DNA of 64,000 bases from Lytechinus pictus (lineage: Eukaryota). Shown in pieces: positions 15,595 to 28,088 of this stretch. Where the stretch lies: the NCBI RefSeq assembly GCF_037042905.1, contig NC_087247.1:37138001-37202000 (forward strand). The letters are read 5' to 3'. The first letter of the stretch is position 1, and the number at the start of each line of letters is the position of its first letter. Under the pieces are notes generated by a model. It was not told the DNA's origin. It saw nothing but the letters and a program-made list of their open reading frames with translations, and did not search any database. The position numbers and the translations under genes were made by a program.

Positions 15595-16147
15595 TACCCT
15601 TTTTACACAGGATTTTCTTAGCCCCGGACTATCGCTAACCCCGTACTATCCTTAACCCCGTACTATTTTTTTTCCTTTTTACACATGCCAAATTGTTATT
15701 GCTAACCCCGGATAAGGAATGCTTGCTTTTCACACACGAAACTCGCTAACCCCGGACTAGTGGTTTTTGTCGATCATTCGTAGTACAAGTACTTCACTCG
15801 TACCTTTTTACACACGCTACAATTTCCTTAACCCCGTACTATAGGTGGGGCCAAATTGCCATTTAGCCCCACCTATAGTACGGGGTTAAGCTTAGCCCAC
15901 TTTCGTTTTACACTAGCGATTTTAACCCCGTACTATCGCTCTTAGCACCGCAATTGCTGGGATAACCCTGCTTTTTTGCAGGGCCAAATAATCCCGTACT
16001 AAAGGTGGGGTTAGCCCACTTTGCAAAAATGCTGTGTAAAAAGAAAGTGGGCTAAGCTTAACCCCGTACTATAGGTGGGGCTAAATGGCAATTTAGCCCC
16101 ACCTATAGTACGGGGTTAAGGAAATTTTAGCGTGTGTAAAAAGGGTA
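15595..16147. mobile_element. Harbinger-like MITE with nested palindromes
   Basis: TIR TACCCTTTTTACACA / TGTGTAAAAAGGGTA. Many AACCCCG(T/G)ACTA repeats. Two 64-bp hairpins at 15827-15890 and 16057-16120. No clean TSD. Confidence 0.75.
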
Positions 16148-17729
16148 CTAGTGAACACATGAGCTGGACTTGCAATGCGGCGGACAGCAACAATCCTCTC
16201 ACTTGCGAGTAATGTGCAAGCAAACACAAAATAATAACATGAGCTCCAGAAAAAAAAGCAATAATTCTTCATTCTTTATAAAGACAATTTTCACAATTTT
16301 AAAACTATCAAGCATTGATTAGCACAGGCCTGAATGATATAACACTTAGGCCTTGCGCCTTCATGTTTTTAGATTTAGCATGTTTTAATGCGTTCTCTTG
16401 GATATCCCTGCATAACCTACGTTTAAGCAATAGGTAATAGGCAGCAATAAACCCTAGTGTGAAATTCAAACAAAGCCGAGATTGCCCGTCTGTCACTGGT
16501 CCGATGTAAATATTTCCTGAACACATGCTCACCCAGACATCAACATACATACAAATCAAATTCACACAAAGCAGAACAAAAGAAAACAATCATATCTGAC
16601 TTCTTTCCCATTCCTCTGTCAATTACAAGCAGGAATGTGTTTGAAGTTCTGTTTTCATTCCAAATATATTCGACTCTCCTCCATATTTGAAAAAACAATC
16701 TGTAACATGCCCAAAGTGGTAATTTTGATAGCTGGGTGTTTACATCAAATAGGTAAACACAGACACTTTGAAATCTGTGCTATATTAGGTTTGTAAAATA
16801 GTTTCTTTTGATTGGAGCAAGATGTTTGGTAGTGTATAAGAGGTAAAAACATCCTAAGGGGGAGCTGAGACAATTGAAACAAGTTTCAGGGTCATGACAA
16901 ACACTACTCATGGACATCAACTTAATATTCTTTAACACCCTTTCTTTCAATCATTGAATTGACCAATCAACAGTCAAAATAATAGACAATTGATGAGACC
17001 ACACACAAGTACACATTCTCCACCCTTACAATATATGTAGGCCTATATATACACACAAGCATCAATTTTTTAAATAAAATACATGATATACAATCTTATC
17101 CATTTACATGTAGGCCTATCATATATCAATATTAATATTTTGGTTAATATGTCCATATTACAGTTTGTAAACCAACATCTACCTACATGTATATCATGAG
17201 ATTTCTCCATTCTGTTTTTACCAAAACAAAGGATTCAAAAACTTAACTCCTACCCATAAACTTCAATACTTCAGCTCACTCATCATTTTCAATCACTTTT
17301 TGTTTCGTAATTAGGGGTGTAGGAAGGAGACAGAATAGTTCAAAGAGTGAGAGAAAAGGACCCTATACTGCTTTGTTGTATAAAAATGAATACACATTTT
17401 CAAAACAAAAGGCAAACAAGCAGCACAGAAATGATCACACACACATTTGCAATGGCCTTTTCAAATCTAGGCAGTCCCTAATCTATCTAATTTACATCAG
17501 ATTTTTATTAATTACAACTGCATTGAAGCAAGCTGACCTTGAAAATCATGTTACACAATTGTTCACTCACAAATCATTTTCTTTTTTTTCTTAAAAAGCT
17601 GAATGAGCCTGCCTCATGGCTTGGGTGGGCTCTTCCCACACTATTTTTAAAGAAATATTCATACATTGAACACAAATATAATTATTTCTTTCATTTCTCT
17701 GTCTATATGTCTCTCTTTCTCATCAATCT

Positions 17730-18018
17730 NNNNNNNNNNNNNNNNNNNNNNNNNNNNNNNNNNNNNNNNNNNNNNNNNNNNNNNNNNNNNNNNNNNNNNN
17801 NNNNNNNNNNNNNNNNNNNNNNNNNNNNNNNNNNNNNNNNNNNNNNNNNNNNNNNNNNNNNNNNNNNNNNNNNNNNNNNNNNNNNNNNNNNNNNNNNNNN
17901 NNNNNNNNNNNNNNNNNNNNNNNNNNNNNNNNNNNNNNNNNNNNNNNNNNNNNNNNNNNNNNNNNNNNNNNNNNNNNNNNNNNNNNNNNNNNNNNNNNNN
18001 NNNNNNNNNNNNNNNNNN
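17730..18018. other. Assembly gap (289 N)
   Basis: Run of n. Confidence 1.
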
Positions 18019-18812
18019 GATGAATCGATCAGTCTACAAATACATAGGCCTACATATCTCACACTTTTCTACTACTACTCTATCTCTTCGCTTGGTTAAT
18101 GATACATATCTGGTAACTCAAAACAATTATCCAGGATATCAATATCAACTTGATGTAATAAGCTGGATTCCAATAAAATCACTCAAGACAGATTGGCACA
18201 TTCATTCACGATGCTCTTCAAATAGCACAATAAATCTTCAAAAAATATTCTGACAGTTCTTTTCTATATTGATATAAATATTATCTTTAGAACTGCAACA
18301 ATGAAATTATCCAAAGACTCAGAGGTATCAGAGGGATACATAATTGACGGATGGGCATACATTGGTCTTTTTTAAAATGATTATCAGAAAAATCAAGTAA
18401 AATTATCAATCACAAGATTGTGTACTTTGCTAGGGATAATGATGTATTGAATCACACCCTTTAGTAGGCACAATACAATCTTGGCTTTATTCATTGGAGG
18501 CGATTAAGAGCTGTACTGGGATAAGTTTCCTGTTTGCATTGGACTGAATAGAGAAAAATTCCTTTTGAATTTTCCCTATTGGATTGTTCAATATTACCTA
18601 GAGCCCTAATGTGAAGGAATGTTCCCTCCGAGGCAGTGCCTCGTCCTACATCACCGTCCTACATCACCGTGACAGGGCAGAGGGATGGACAAAACGAACG
18701 TCAGCTCAAAGGCCCTCACCACCAAGACGATGTGTAGAAATCAAAAGTAGGACAGCGGTCAGGGCACCAAATGAACCTGTTTATCGGTTCACTGGTGGTA
18801 TGAAGATGTGCA

Positions 18813-18826
18813 GTTACCATGGTTAC
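18813..18826. promoter_or_regulatory. Candidate RFX X-box in a CpG-retaining unique patch
   Basis: GTTACCATGGTTAC (reverse complement GTAACCATGGTAAC). Confidence 0.35.
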
Positions 18827-21800
18827 AAGTAAAGCCAAAGGAAAGGGTTACTCAAGAACATCAGCAGGCCAACATGTATTGGACATAAACAATCTCTGTA
18901 GCAAAAACAGAACCAATATATCTCCCAGGCATGAGTAAGAAAGAGCAATGGGGTTCATTAAAAAAAATATGGTTTGGATTAAATTCCAGGTATGTTGTTT
19001 CCAAAACTTTGAACAATTACAGAAATTCATCCACGTTAGAAAATAAACTCAATAGTTTCCCCTTTCCAAAATGAGCTTACAGATTTTATCTCCATTGTGT
19101 TGACAAATGTAGGATGGAATAAAGGTCAAAGGTCAACAGAACGCAAAGGACCAGAGGGTTTGAAGGTATAAAAATACACTATTGCAGAAAGATGCCTTCA
19201 AGAAAAATATCAAAATGAAATTGAGAAAAGAATCCCCACGCATTCTAAAGATCAAAACTAATATTTCATACATTTACATTTTGCACTTTATAGCGAAATC
19301 AGTGAAATAGATTTAAAGAATGAAATTAAAGTTAATTAATCCAATCACCAATCTAAATTTCCTTTTCTTAAATCAACATCTCTATATTCCCAGCTGCATT
19401 TTTGTTACTTCAAGATTCAAATAAACAAATATTTGTGGTCCAGGGATCATAGAGTGAGTCACCTCAACAATGAGCAATGGATTTAATAAGAAGGTAATGA
19501 TATCCTGGAATTCAAAACCAGAGTCATCATTCACACCTTCCGTTGCCGCATTATCCATACTTATACTGTGTACCTAGTTCATTAATCTTGATGGTGGGTG
19601 CTAATTACCTATTTACTCCTACAAATTAATCAATCAGTTATCACCTATCTGGTTAACCTGTAACAGGTCAGCAGCTTCTTTGTGACAAAAAACGGCATTA
19701 AATACTAAGAAACCACAAGACAATTGGACAAATACACCTGCTACATTTTGTTAAATGCAGTACAAAGAGGGTAAAACAGCAACCGTTGAAAACGCTACCA
19801 AATCTCCTGCATGACTATCAATCACAGTAAAAAAATTATGGAATCTTTACAATAGTAATGCAGCTTGATTATTTTCAATAAAACTAGCATTTCTTCTGAC
19901 TTTTGATAACATGTAAATGATGAATCAATACCAGTAGGAAGATATTTACAAGTCATTCAAAGCTGTGAAATGGTTATAAGCTTAATTAAAACAGCGTACA
20001 CAGGAAATCAACAATACAGGTATAAAGCAATAAGCACTGTATTTACATTGCTTGAATGTAAATCTGATATTAAATTGAAAAGCTTATTTTGCTTATTTCT
20101 CACAACTAATGTGCTCATCTTCTACTAGAATAGTTTGGTAACATATTATTCATAAATTCAAAGACTTCATGGTCATTTTACTGGAAGTACACTCTAATTC
20201 ATTTTACGATCATTTCCAGTACTGGAAGATACGTTTAATGTTCTCTGAGGCAAGTTCAGATGAAGCAAAGACCTAAAACAAAATTCAATGATCACCAGCC
20301 CACTGACAGCAAGACTGATGTCACTTGAAGATTAATGTGCAGACATAATCAAGTTCAGTTTCAATAGTCCATCATTAGATGTAAGAAGGGAAAAGTCAAA
20401 CAGCTCTTCCAAGTAATATTCATTCTCATTTCTCAACCTGATGGTCTGGCCAAGACGCGACGGTGGCGGCAACACCTTTGTCACATTCCTGGCTAGTCAC
20501 ACACTAAGGCAGACGATCGCTGCATGCATGAGTAAGCCCTGATGACAGGCGCGCTAATGTCTTGTCGGTGCCACAGGGAAATTCAATCAGACTCGTTCAT
20601 CTTCAAGTTCATCTTCAGGTGAATAACATATGCACGTTATAATGCAATTAGTACTTTGTGCCACGGCACCGGTTCTCTCTATCACGGATACTGTCTGGCA
20701 TCCATGATGCCTTGGTGCCACGGTATTTGACAAAGATTAAACAGGTATCAATCCACAAAGACATTATAGGAGAAGGTATGACGCGAAGAGCTTAGAAGAA
20801 AATTGCATGTATCCTATGGTATGTTACAGACCTCTGAACATTCAAAAATCTTGAACTGAAAAAACACTTTACATTCTGGCAAGAAGGAGATTCTCTACAT
20901 TAATACCATTTTGAAAATCTAATGTTATGCTCTTTTGACCGAGATTTGATTTTGATAATTTTCTAGGATTGTATTATGTCCTGCTTTGTGTTAACTTTTA
21001 CCTTTTAATTCCAGTCAAATAAAACAAAGTTCTCAGGAATAACAATATAATTGTGCAATTTGAAACTCTATTTTTTTCATTTCTGACTCTCTCATGATTA
21101 TATTATGGGTTCTAATGTATTTTACATAGGCAAGCATCACACAATAGATGAAACATTCCCTATTTCAAGTCTCACCTAGACTTCTTACTTACAACTTGTA
21201 TCAATTTTCACCGACAGTCAATTCAAAATAACTCATCGCTCTTCAGTGTCTGCAGCAATAGCCCTGACCCTTCACCTTCATTCATTTCAAAGTGTCATCA
21301 TTCACACATTCCTATCTGGTGTCTTCAAGTGTTTTATGACTGCCCACTCCACAAGTGTCCTAATTATCTTCTTGACTTTCCAGCTATTGGTATCCTTACA
21401 GGACTCTTGAACACATGCAGAACTTTATCAAAAGTCTGTCATCTGTATAGGCTTAATACAGGGACCACTCTGATTGAGTTGGCAATGGGTTAACACTAAA
21501 GTAAACATTGATTTCATGACTTCATAACCAAACATATATATAAATACTTACAATCATCCCTATACGATGCACAACATGTCATTAATACATTTAATGCAAA
21601 TAGCTTTCATGATTTGCTCCACATCACAAAGACATCACAGAATCATGTGACAACAGATGAATTCATCAAGGCATTGAACTCTAAGACACCAACAGAAACC
21701 ATAATCTTATGAAAGATTCAGTCTCAAAGGAGTCAATTTCAGTATCCAATGTCTTCTATCTATAATTCACTGATGGTTATATTTCTCATGAAAACAAAGC

Positions 21801-22004
21801 CTTAATAAAGATCTGTATCTGTTTTGAGGACAACTCCCCTATTGAGACAAGAAATCCAGGGACTGGCCAATTTTCCTCAAACAATTTTTCAGGAGGCTCT
21901 CCTCTGGTTGAGATGTGCTCCAGAAGATTGTTTTCAGACAAGAATCCTATCCAGAAGAACTTTGTCTTCACAGGGTAGTTGTTCTATTACAATGTATAAC
22001 ATAC

Positions 22005-22129
22005 CTGGTGAGGAGGATGGCAGTGTCGTAGTGATGAGGATGACTGTCCTCCGCCTGGTTCTGCTGCTGTTGCCAGGTGCAGAAGTTCTTGAGGGTCGCA
22101 GGAGCATTGGAGGAAATGTGAGGTCCATC
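22005..22129 (-). CDS. ADAMTS9: ADAMTS9/20-like exon D: [41 protein letters not shown](R)
   Basis: Acceptor gatccttctgcag, donor CAG|gtatgt, 125 nt, phase 0/2. TLKNFCxWQ and [10 protein letters not shown] are conserved ADAMTS reprolysin-domain motifs. Confidence 0.96.
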
Positions 22130-23107
22130 CTGCAGAAGGATCATCAGATAGAAAGAATGATAATCCTAAAGATGGGAACAATCTTGCAAATAGGAACTTT
22201 TGATGAGCAGATGGTTCTTTTTTTCTTTCTTTTCTTTAGGTTTTCTTTTTCAAGTAGATATTGTTCAGAAAAAGTATACTGTCTAGTTAACCCCTCTACC
22301 TTCACTTCTATCTCATAATATAAAAAAATGACTGCCATTTACATCAGATTCACAAAGATGAATTAATATTTCTTTCTATCTCATAATATGATATATCTTC
22401 AGTCTTTCCTCAATATCATATTGCTAAATGAAGTAACCATCTTACATATTTGAATGGATTAATATTTCCTCACCGATGTTTGAATGGCAGAAAGATATAA
22501 CCTAGGATGACTAAATGTGATTTGAAAGATCAATTGAATTCAATCAAACTTATTAGGAATAACTAATTCCCAACCTTTCTTATCAAAGTTCCCAAATTCT
22601 TACTCAATGAAAAGATACTGTAAGTACTAGTTGTGATCCCTGAAAGTCTTGCAAGGAGGATGCAATCATCTCTTTGTTCTTTCCTTTCAATCAGTATGTT
22701 CAATGATGTGGCTGTTCATGAACTTCACTGATACACTCATCGTTTTTTCTTCTCAAATTTGCTGTCTTTCCTCAAGTTATTAATACCTTCCTCTCTGAGT
22801 GATGGCCCAAATACCACATCAGTTTCCTGCACAATCAATGGATGCCTCTCCATTTCCGACCAGCAAGGTGGGAACGGGATGAGGTGTTGTAAATACATCT
22901 TCACATTTTTAAAGAAATATCATGACTCAAGCGACAGATATATCGCTGCATCCCATAAGTCCATAATCTCATTCATGCCCAAGCTGAAACCATCAGCTCA
23001 CCACAACATAATTTTATCTCTTTCATCAAAGTGTTGAACTTTATTTGGACTGCCAATGGGATATGTGGGTTACTAAATTTGAGAGACATGCAGAGGCGGA
23101 TCCACTA

Positions 23108-23142
23108 ATTAAATCATAGAGCTATTAGCACTATGATTAAAT
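23108..23142. repeat. 21-bp near-palindrome between 7-bp direct repeats (putative transposon footprint)
   Basis: ATTAAAT-CATAGAGCTATTAGCACTATG-ATTAAAT. Confidence 0.6.
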
Positions 23143-23712
23143 CATGCGATCTGAATTTTGTTACATTTTACAATTTGATGTCTGCGGCATTATACCTTAG
23201 AGCATCAAGGCTCATCTAAAAAAAACAGGATCCTAAAGTAGCAATTAAAATAAATCTCAACTTATAAAACTTGCATTATTCAGGACAATGGCACATCTTA
23301 TTCTAAAAGATTTAATGTAATTATTTCATCTAGAGCACCTTGCGCAAATTCTCTCTGAAAAGCAGAAAAGAAGGCAGGTGAGTCATGTTTTTCCAATCTA
23401 TGATAACTAATGAGTAGCATTAAAACATGATAAAAAAAGTAATCATGATATAAATCCTCCGCCAGTCTCTTACACAAAAGCCTCCGTAGGATTAAAACCA
23501 TGAAAGATTAACTTTCATTTACCACCCAGGCAAAAGTCATTCACCACTCTGTTTTCTATATCATTTTGTTATGTCATTTGTGAATGAAAATTAATCTAAC
23601 TCAAATTGAATTTCATTGTTAAGCTTGCAATCAAACTGTAATTGGACGGATTTATATCTACATCATATTATTGAGGATTATATACACAATGCTTCCATCA
23701 TCCATTTTAATG

Positions 23713-23726
23713 GTCACCATGGTAAC
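23713..23726. promoter_or_regulatory. Candidate RFX X-box abutting the exon C donor
   Basis: GTCACCATGGTAAC. Confidence 0.4.
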
Positions 23727-23730
23727 TTAC

Positions 23731-23814
23731 ATTCACACTTTGTAGTATTCTGAGCTCCACTAATGTAACATTGATGGCATTGCCTATACTGGGATCACGA
23801 AATATCTTGCTGAC
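23731..23814 (-). CDS. ADAMTS9: ADAMTS9/20-like exon C: VSKIFRDPSIGNAINVTLVELRILQSVN
   Basis: Acceptor tttttcttatgacag, donor AAT|gtaagt, 84 nt, phase 0/0. Contains the ADAMTS DPSIGN-x-IN motif. Too short to appear in the ORF track. Confidence 0.95.
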
Positions 23815-24362
23815 CTGTCATAAGAAAAATCCATTAAACAGAGATTAGATAATATTACCTTCAAAATAATTGTTATAATAATAATAAATACAAATCAGTC
23901 AATATAATTCCTTTTGAAATGGAATAATGAATGTGAACTGCCAAAAAGCTGTTGCTATTGGGTTTTTAAAGATATATATCTCCATCTAAAAAAAAAATAA
24001 AGTATAAAAAAAAGCAGTGTGTATATACATATATATGTATATTTAAAAAGTTAATACTTATTCAAAAATAAATTATGCATTGTAACAAAAATGTGAATAG
24101 CCATTCCAATATACCTAACCTATATCTGCCAAACTAATCTCGATTAATTCCTTTACAAAGAGGTACCAAACTTTGCTATCATGGTAATTTATAGGGCCTT
24201 TCATGATATAGGCCTAATGCAAAATAATATTGACAAAATAAAAAAAATGTCTATAAGTATTTGGAGTATCCCAGGGACTTCACCAATAATTACCAGGAGT
24301 TGGAATTATTAATAAAACACATGAATGAAAACCATATACTCTTTCAATGATAAATGTATATT

Positions 24363-24402
24363 TCTTGACCAGGGAAGTGTTATAACACTTCCCTGTCTTG
24401 AC
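24363..24402. repeat. 26-bp perfect palindrome between 7-bp direct repeats (putative transposon footprint)
   Basis: TCTTGAC-CAGGGAAGTGTTATAACACTTCCCTG-TCTTGAC. Confidence 0.75.
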
Positions 24403-24801
24403 AGATATATGGAATTTTCGAGTACAGAAAAAACTACCCTTGCCCACTGCAAAGGCATTTTCGTGAATAGACCTAAATTAGGATTAAATTGGTCTGGTTA
24501 ACTTGTGGTCACTTTAGCTCATTAATCCTTATCGTTAGGCCAACACTTCTCTCTTTTACTCTCCCCCTCTTCCCTTCTCTCTTGCTGCGATCATTCGTCA
24601 TTACTGAACACACAATAGAGTGAGTCAAAGGATTGGGGGTCACCCTGCTGGTCAGGGGTTAATCCTAGAGGTCAAGATCTGTGTTAGCTTTGACCATGTG
24701 GGTCTGGAACAGGTGGTATAGCATGACGGAGCCACATGGTGCGAGTCGAGGAAACGTACTCTGCAAGACGTCCATCCTCATCAAACCAGCTAAGACCTTA
24801 A

Positions 24802-25383
24802 AGGAGAATGAAACTCTTGGAGCAAGTTAGCTTTTGTGAAAGCAGAAAAATCAAAGAATAAGATCAACAAAACTTTGAGTAAAATAGGACTAGCAATAAA
24901 AGAGTTATGAGCATTTGAATGTCGAGATCACTAATGCTATGGAGATCCTCCCATTGGCAATGCGACCAAGATCTGTGATGTCACACACGTACAACTCTCC
25001 CATTTGGACACTGAAAATATACCCCAAAACATCTCTTTTTGCTTATTCTAATCATATGACAAACGATTCATCAATGGTATAATGTTGTGAAAACTCTGTA
25101 CTTGTCATCTCATAAAGAGAACACCTCACCTTGTGATAGACTCTATAAAAGTGAGAATATAAGTGAAATAAGTACTAGAGTAATGAGGGAGTTGTACGTG
25201 TGTGATATCACAGATCTTGGTCGCATTGCCGATGGGAGGATCTACATGGCACTAGTGATCTCAATATTTAAATGCTCATAACTTTCTTATTATTCATTCA
25301 ATCTTCCTCAAACTTTCAACAATATGTTCTTTGATTTTTCTCTTTGATATGGATTCAGCTGGTTTCAAGGGTTTCATTCTCCT
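24802..25383 (+). mobile_element. Kolobok/T2-like MITE, family A, copy 2 (complete, 582 bp)
   Basis: TTAA|AGGAGAATGAAAC...GTTTCATTCTCCT|TTAA. TTAA duplication with AGGRR termini is typical of Kolobok/T2 elements. Long internal inverted repeat and no coding capacity. Confidence 0.92.
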
Positions 25384-25553
25384 TTAACTTATGTAAAGTC
25401 CTATAGATATGCATTGCAGACTAAAAGTCATACAGGAGAGTATCCTCTTGGGATATTGTTTGACATAAGATTTCACCATAAAGGTCCTTATTTTGACATA
25501 GATGTGTAACTTACAGGATGTACCTTAATGAGAAAGATGATGGTGTAGTCATT

Positions 25554-25841
25554 CGGTGTGTTTCTGCAGAGAATCGTTACAAATCGAATCGAAAACCGTA
25601 TCGCCCTTAAACCAACCTGTTTCTACAGAGCGAATAATCCGATTAACTCACATTCCGCATCGTAAATAAACGGATTAACAAGGCAATAACCACCTCCCAG
25701 AGGTGGTTATGAGAAACTGTATTTTGCGTGATGCGGTTTATCAATAAACCGCTTTGCGTCCGTTTCTACAGGGAAGTTTTCCGGAATTCTGGATAATTAC
25801 GCGGATATTACCGTTTAACCATTCTCTGTAGAAACATGCCA
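25554..25841. mobile_element. Harbinger-like MITE (~290 bp)
   Basis: TIR GGTGTGTTTCTGCAGAGAATCGTTA / TAACCATTCTCTGTAGAAACATGCC (21/25 match). ATT on both sides. Internal GTTTCTACAG repeats. Confidence 0.7.
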
Positions 25842-27910
25842 ATTGTTGGCTTAAATATATGTTCAAAATGGAATTTTCAAAATATAATTTGTAAAAACAA
25901 AGGATCCTATCCTACTAAAACTATATATATATATATATGGTACATTCCATTTCCTAGTAAATGAACAAAATCCTGGTTCAAATTAAACATTGCTGCAACA
26001 TTACGCTTTGAAAAAAAAGTTAAAAAGAAGTTTCAACCCACTTAAGTGTTTCAGACTGAGTATAGTGACAGGGCAAGTCACTTAGGAAATCTCTGGAACA
26101 GCAATTACAGATTTCATATTTGGGATCTACCCACCAGACTTCATTTTTTCAAATTGTCTACACTCATTTATTCACCTTTGTTAATATATGATAAATGACT
26201 TTGTCACTGTCCAAATACTGTGAGGTACAATATTGCAACACTTCCAAGTTTTTTGTTTTGATTTTACGCTGCATGGCCAAACAGTGTCTACTGACACCGT
26301 GGGTGAACCAGAGAACACCCTCAATAGGCAAACTTGTTTGTAATCAGAGTACATGGGAATGGAACCACTTAAAAATGATTTTCATTTCTGGGTCATCAAT
26401 TCAACATGTGTGGCGGATCACAACAAACTACAAAAAATGACTGGAAAACAGGCTTTGGGGGGTTTTCTCTTCTTGGGTAGAAGAACAAAAAAATAATTGT
26501 CATATTTTACACACTCATTGCTCTGAATTTGGGTTAATGTGAGAACCTTGTCACCTTATGGAATACCACTGTTTTGGGGAGGTTTATTTCCTTTCTGGTG
26601 CAAATATTTATTTGTAATAGTTATTACTCCCTTCAACTAGTTTTCAAAAGCCTTTCATCAAGACTATGCCATCTCGAATTGCTTATGAGCTGCACAAGTG
26701 TGAAAGACAGTGGAAAAGACCAAGTACCAAAGAAGAGACTACATGTAGAAGCTTGAGGGATGTCCTACTTAGCGTGTCTTCAGAGAGCAGGTATCTGATT
26801 TCCCACATGTAGGACTGCTTGGTACCTCTCATCTTCCCCTAAAACACTACCCAAACCAATCTCAATCAAGACCGATGACCCCACTTGACACATCGTTAGA
26901 CAAATTATGAAGTTTGATCTCTTTCTAAACTCACTCCACATTCCTTTCGCCACATCAGACATGAGCTTTGAAGGGGAAAAACGGAAAAGAATGGTGTCAA
27001 AAATTAAAGCCAGGTTTGGGGTGGAAAATAACAAAAATATCGCCCAGGTATACAAGACATCCCATTGGATGAACTTTGCCTTGGATGACCCGAGAGATGC
27101 AGTCCCAGACCAAGGGAAGATGGGGAAAGCCTCAAGATGCAAGGTAGGGGGTCAAGTGTTTTTGTGAAGTGGTTCTTACCTTAGGAAGGTAAAATATCAT
27201 GCGTGATATGCCATTCAAAATATTGAAAATAATTGAAGGCATTTCACATGAGAATGTGAGAATTTATAGCTTAATGACTTGACAGAGGTCAATTGAGGAA
27301 TGTTTCATTCACGGTTGGTTGACACGCTCTTTGGAGATGGTAACACTTGAACCAACCAACACAATTACCCTTCTGTGTAAGGGAATGTATTAATCAACTC
27401 AATGTGTGAATAATTCACAAATTTATCGATTTGTGACATAAAATAAAACAATATTTTAAAGACTAATGGTTTCTTTGCAATTCACCTGTGCTGGGTGCTA
27501 TCATTGATACTTGATTACTCTAAAATGACTCCTAAAAATTCATATTTTTTAACATTAACCTTAGCAGTTGATTAACGAGAATTACAAAGTTTCAGTTTAA
27601 TGATTCTGTCATTATTCAAATCTTTCTTGTGACATTTCCACAATCCTACAAGAGATATTCTTAAGTCTCCAACAAAACTGACAAGTGACAAACTGAAACT
27701 GACAAGCTGTAGAGTGATCAATTTAGCACTTGTAATAATTTTAAGGAATTCATGTGATCAAAGTCACACTGCAATATCATCTTTATGTTGTCCATGACAG
27801 CATGAAATAATTGTAGAAGTACAAAAAGTTTTCAATAAATTTTCAAATGTATAAGAGCACATAAAGTGCTATCATGCAAGAAGGGTATTGTCTACAAAAG
27901 TGGAACATAC

Positions 27911-28088
27911 CACTGCAACCAACGTCAAGACATAGAGTTGAACTCCTCTTCCATGATGTTCCACCATCTTATGATCGGCAACCACCATCATCTCCAGGTA
28001 TCTCTCATAAGAGATGAAACGTTTACCTCGATGATGCGGTCGGCTGGAATCTGTAGCATCCTCTGCATCTCTTTCTTTCCATTTGAGG
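27911..28088 (-). CDS. ADAMTS9: ADAMTS9/20-like exon B: furin site and start of metalloprotease domain, LKWKERDAEDATDSSRPHHRGKR|FISYERYLEMMVVADHKMVEHHGRGVQLYVLTLVAV
   Basis: Acceptor ttcattcatttttag, donor GTG|gtatgt, 178 nt. RxKR|F-x-SY-x-R-x-x-E-x-x-VVAD-x-x-M-x-x-x-HG...Y-x-LTL is the ADAMTS mature N-terminus signature, closest to ADAMTS9/20. Confidence 0.95.

Noticed and set aside
17539-18253. Long ORFs of 119-195 aa
   Set aside because: Artefacts of reading through the N gap.
21824-22318. 164-aa plus-strand ORF
   Set aside because: It is the antisense shadow of ADAMTS exon D, and its C-terminus is low complexity.
22740-22860. Minus-strand RKLMWYLGH, reminiscent of an RTE LINE C-terminus
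   Set aside because: No flanking similarity, so the match is too short to support a call.
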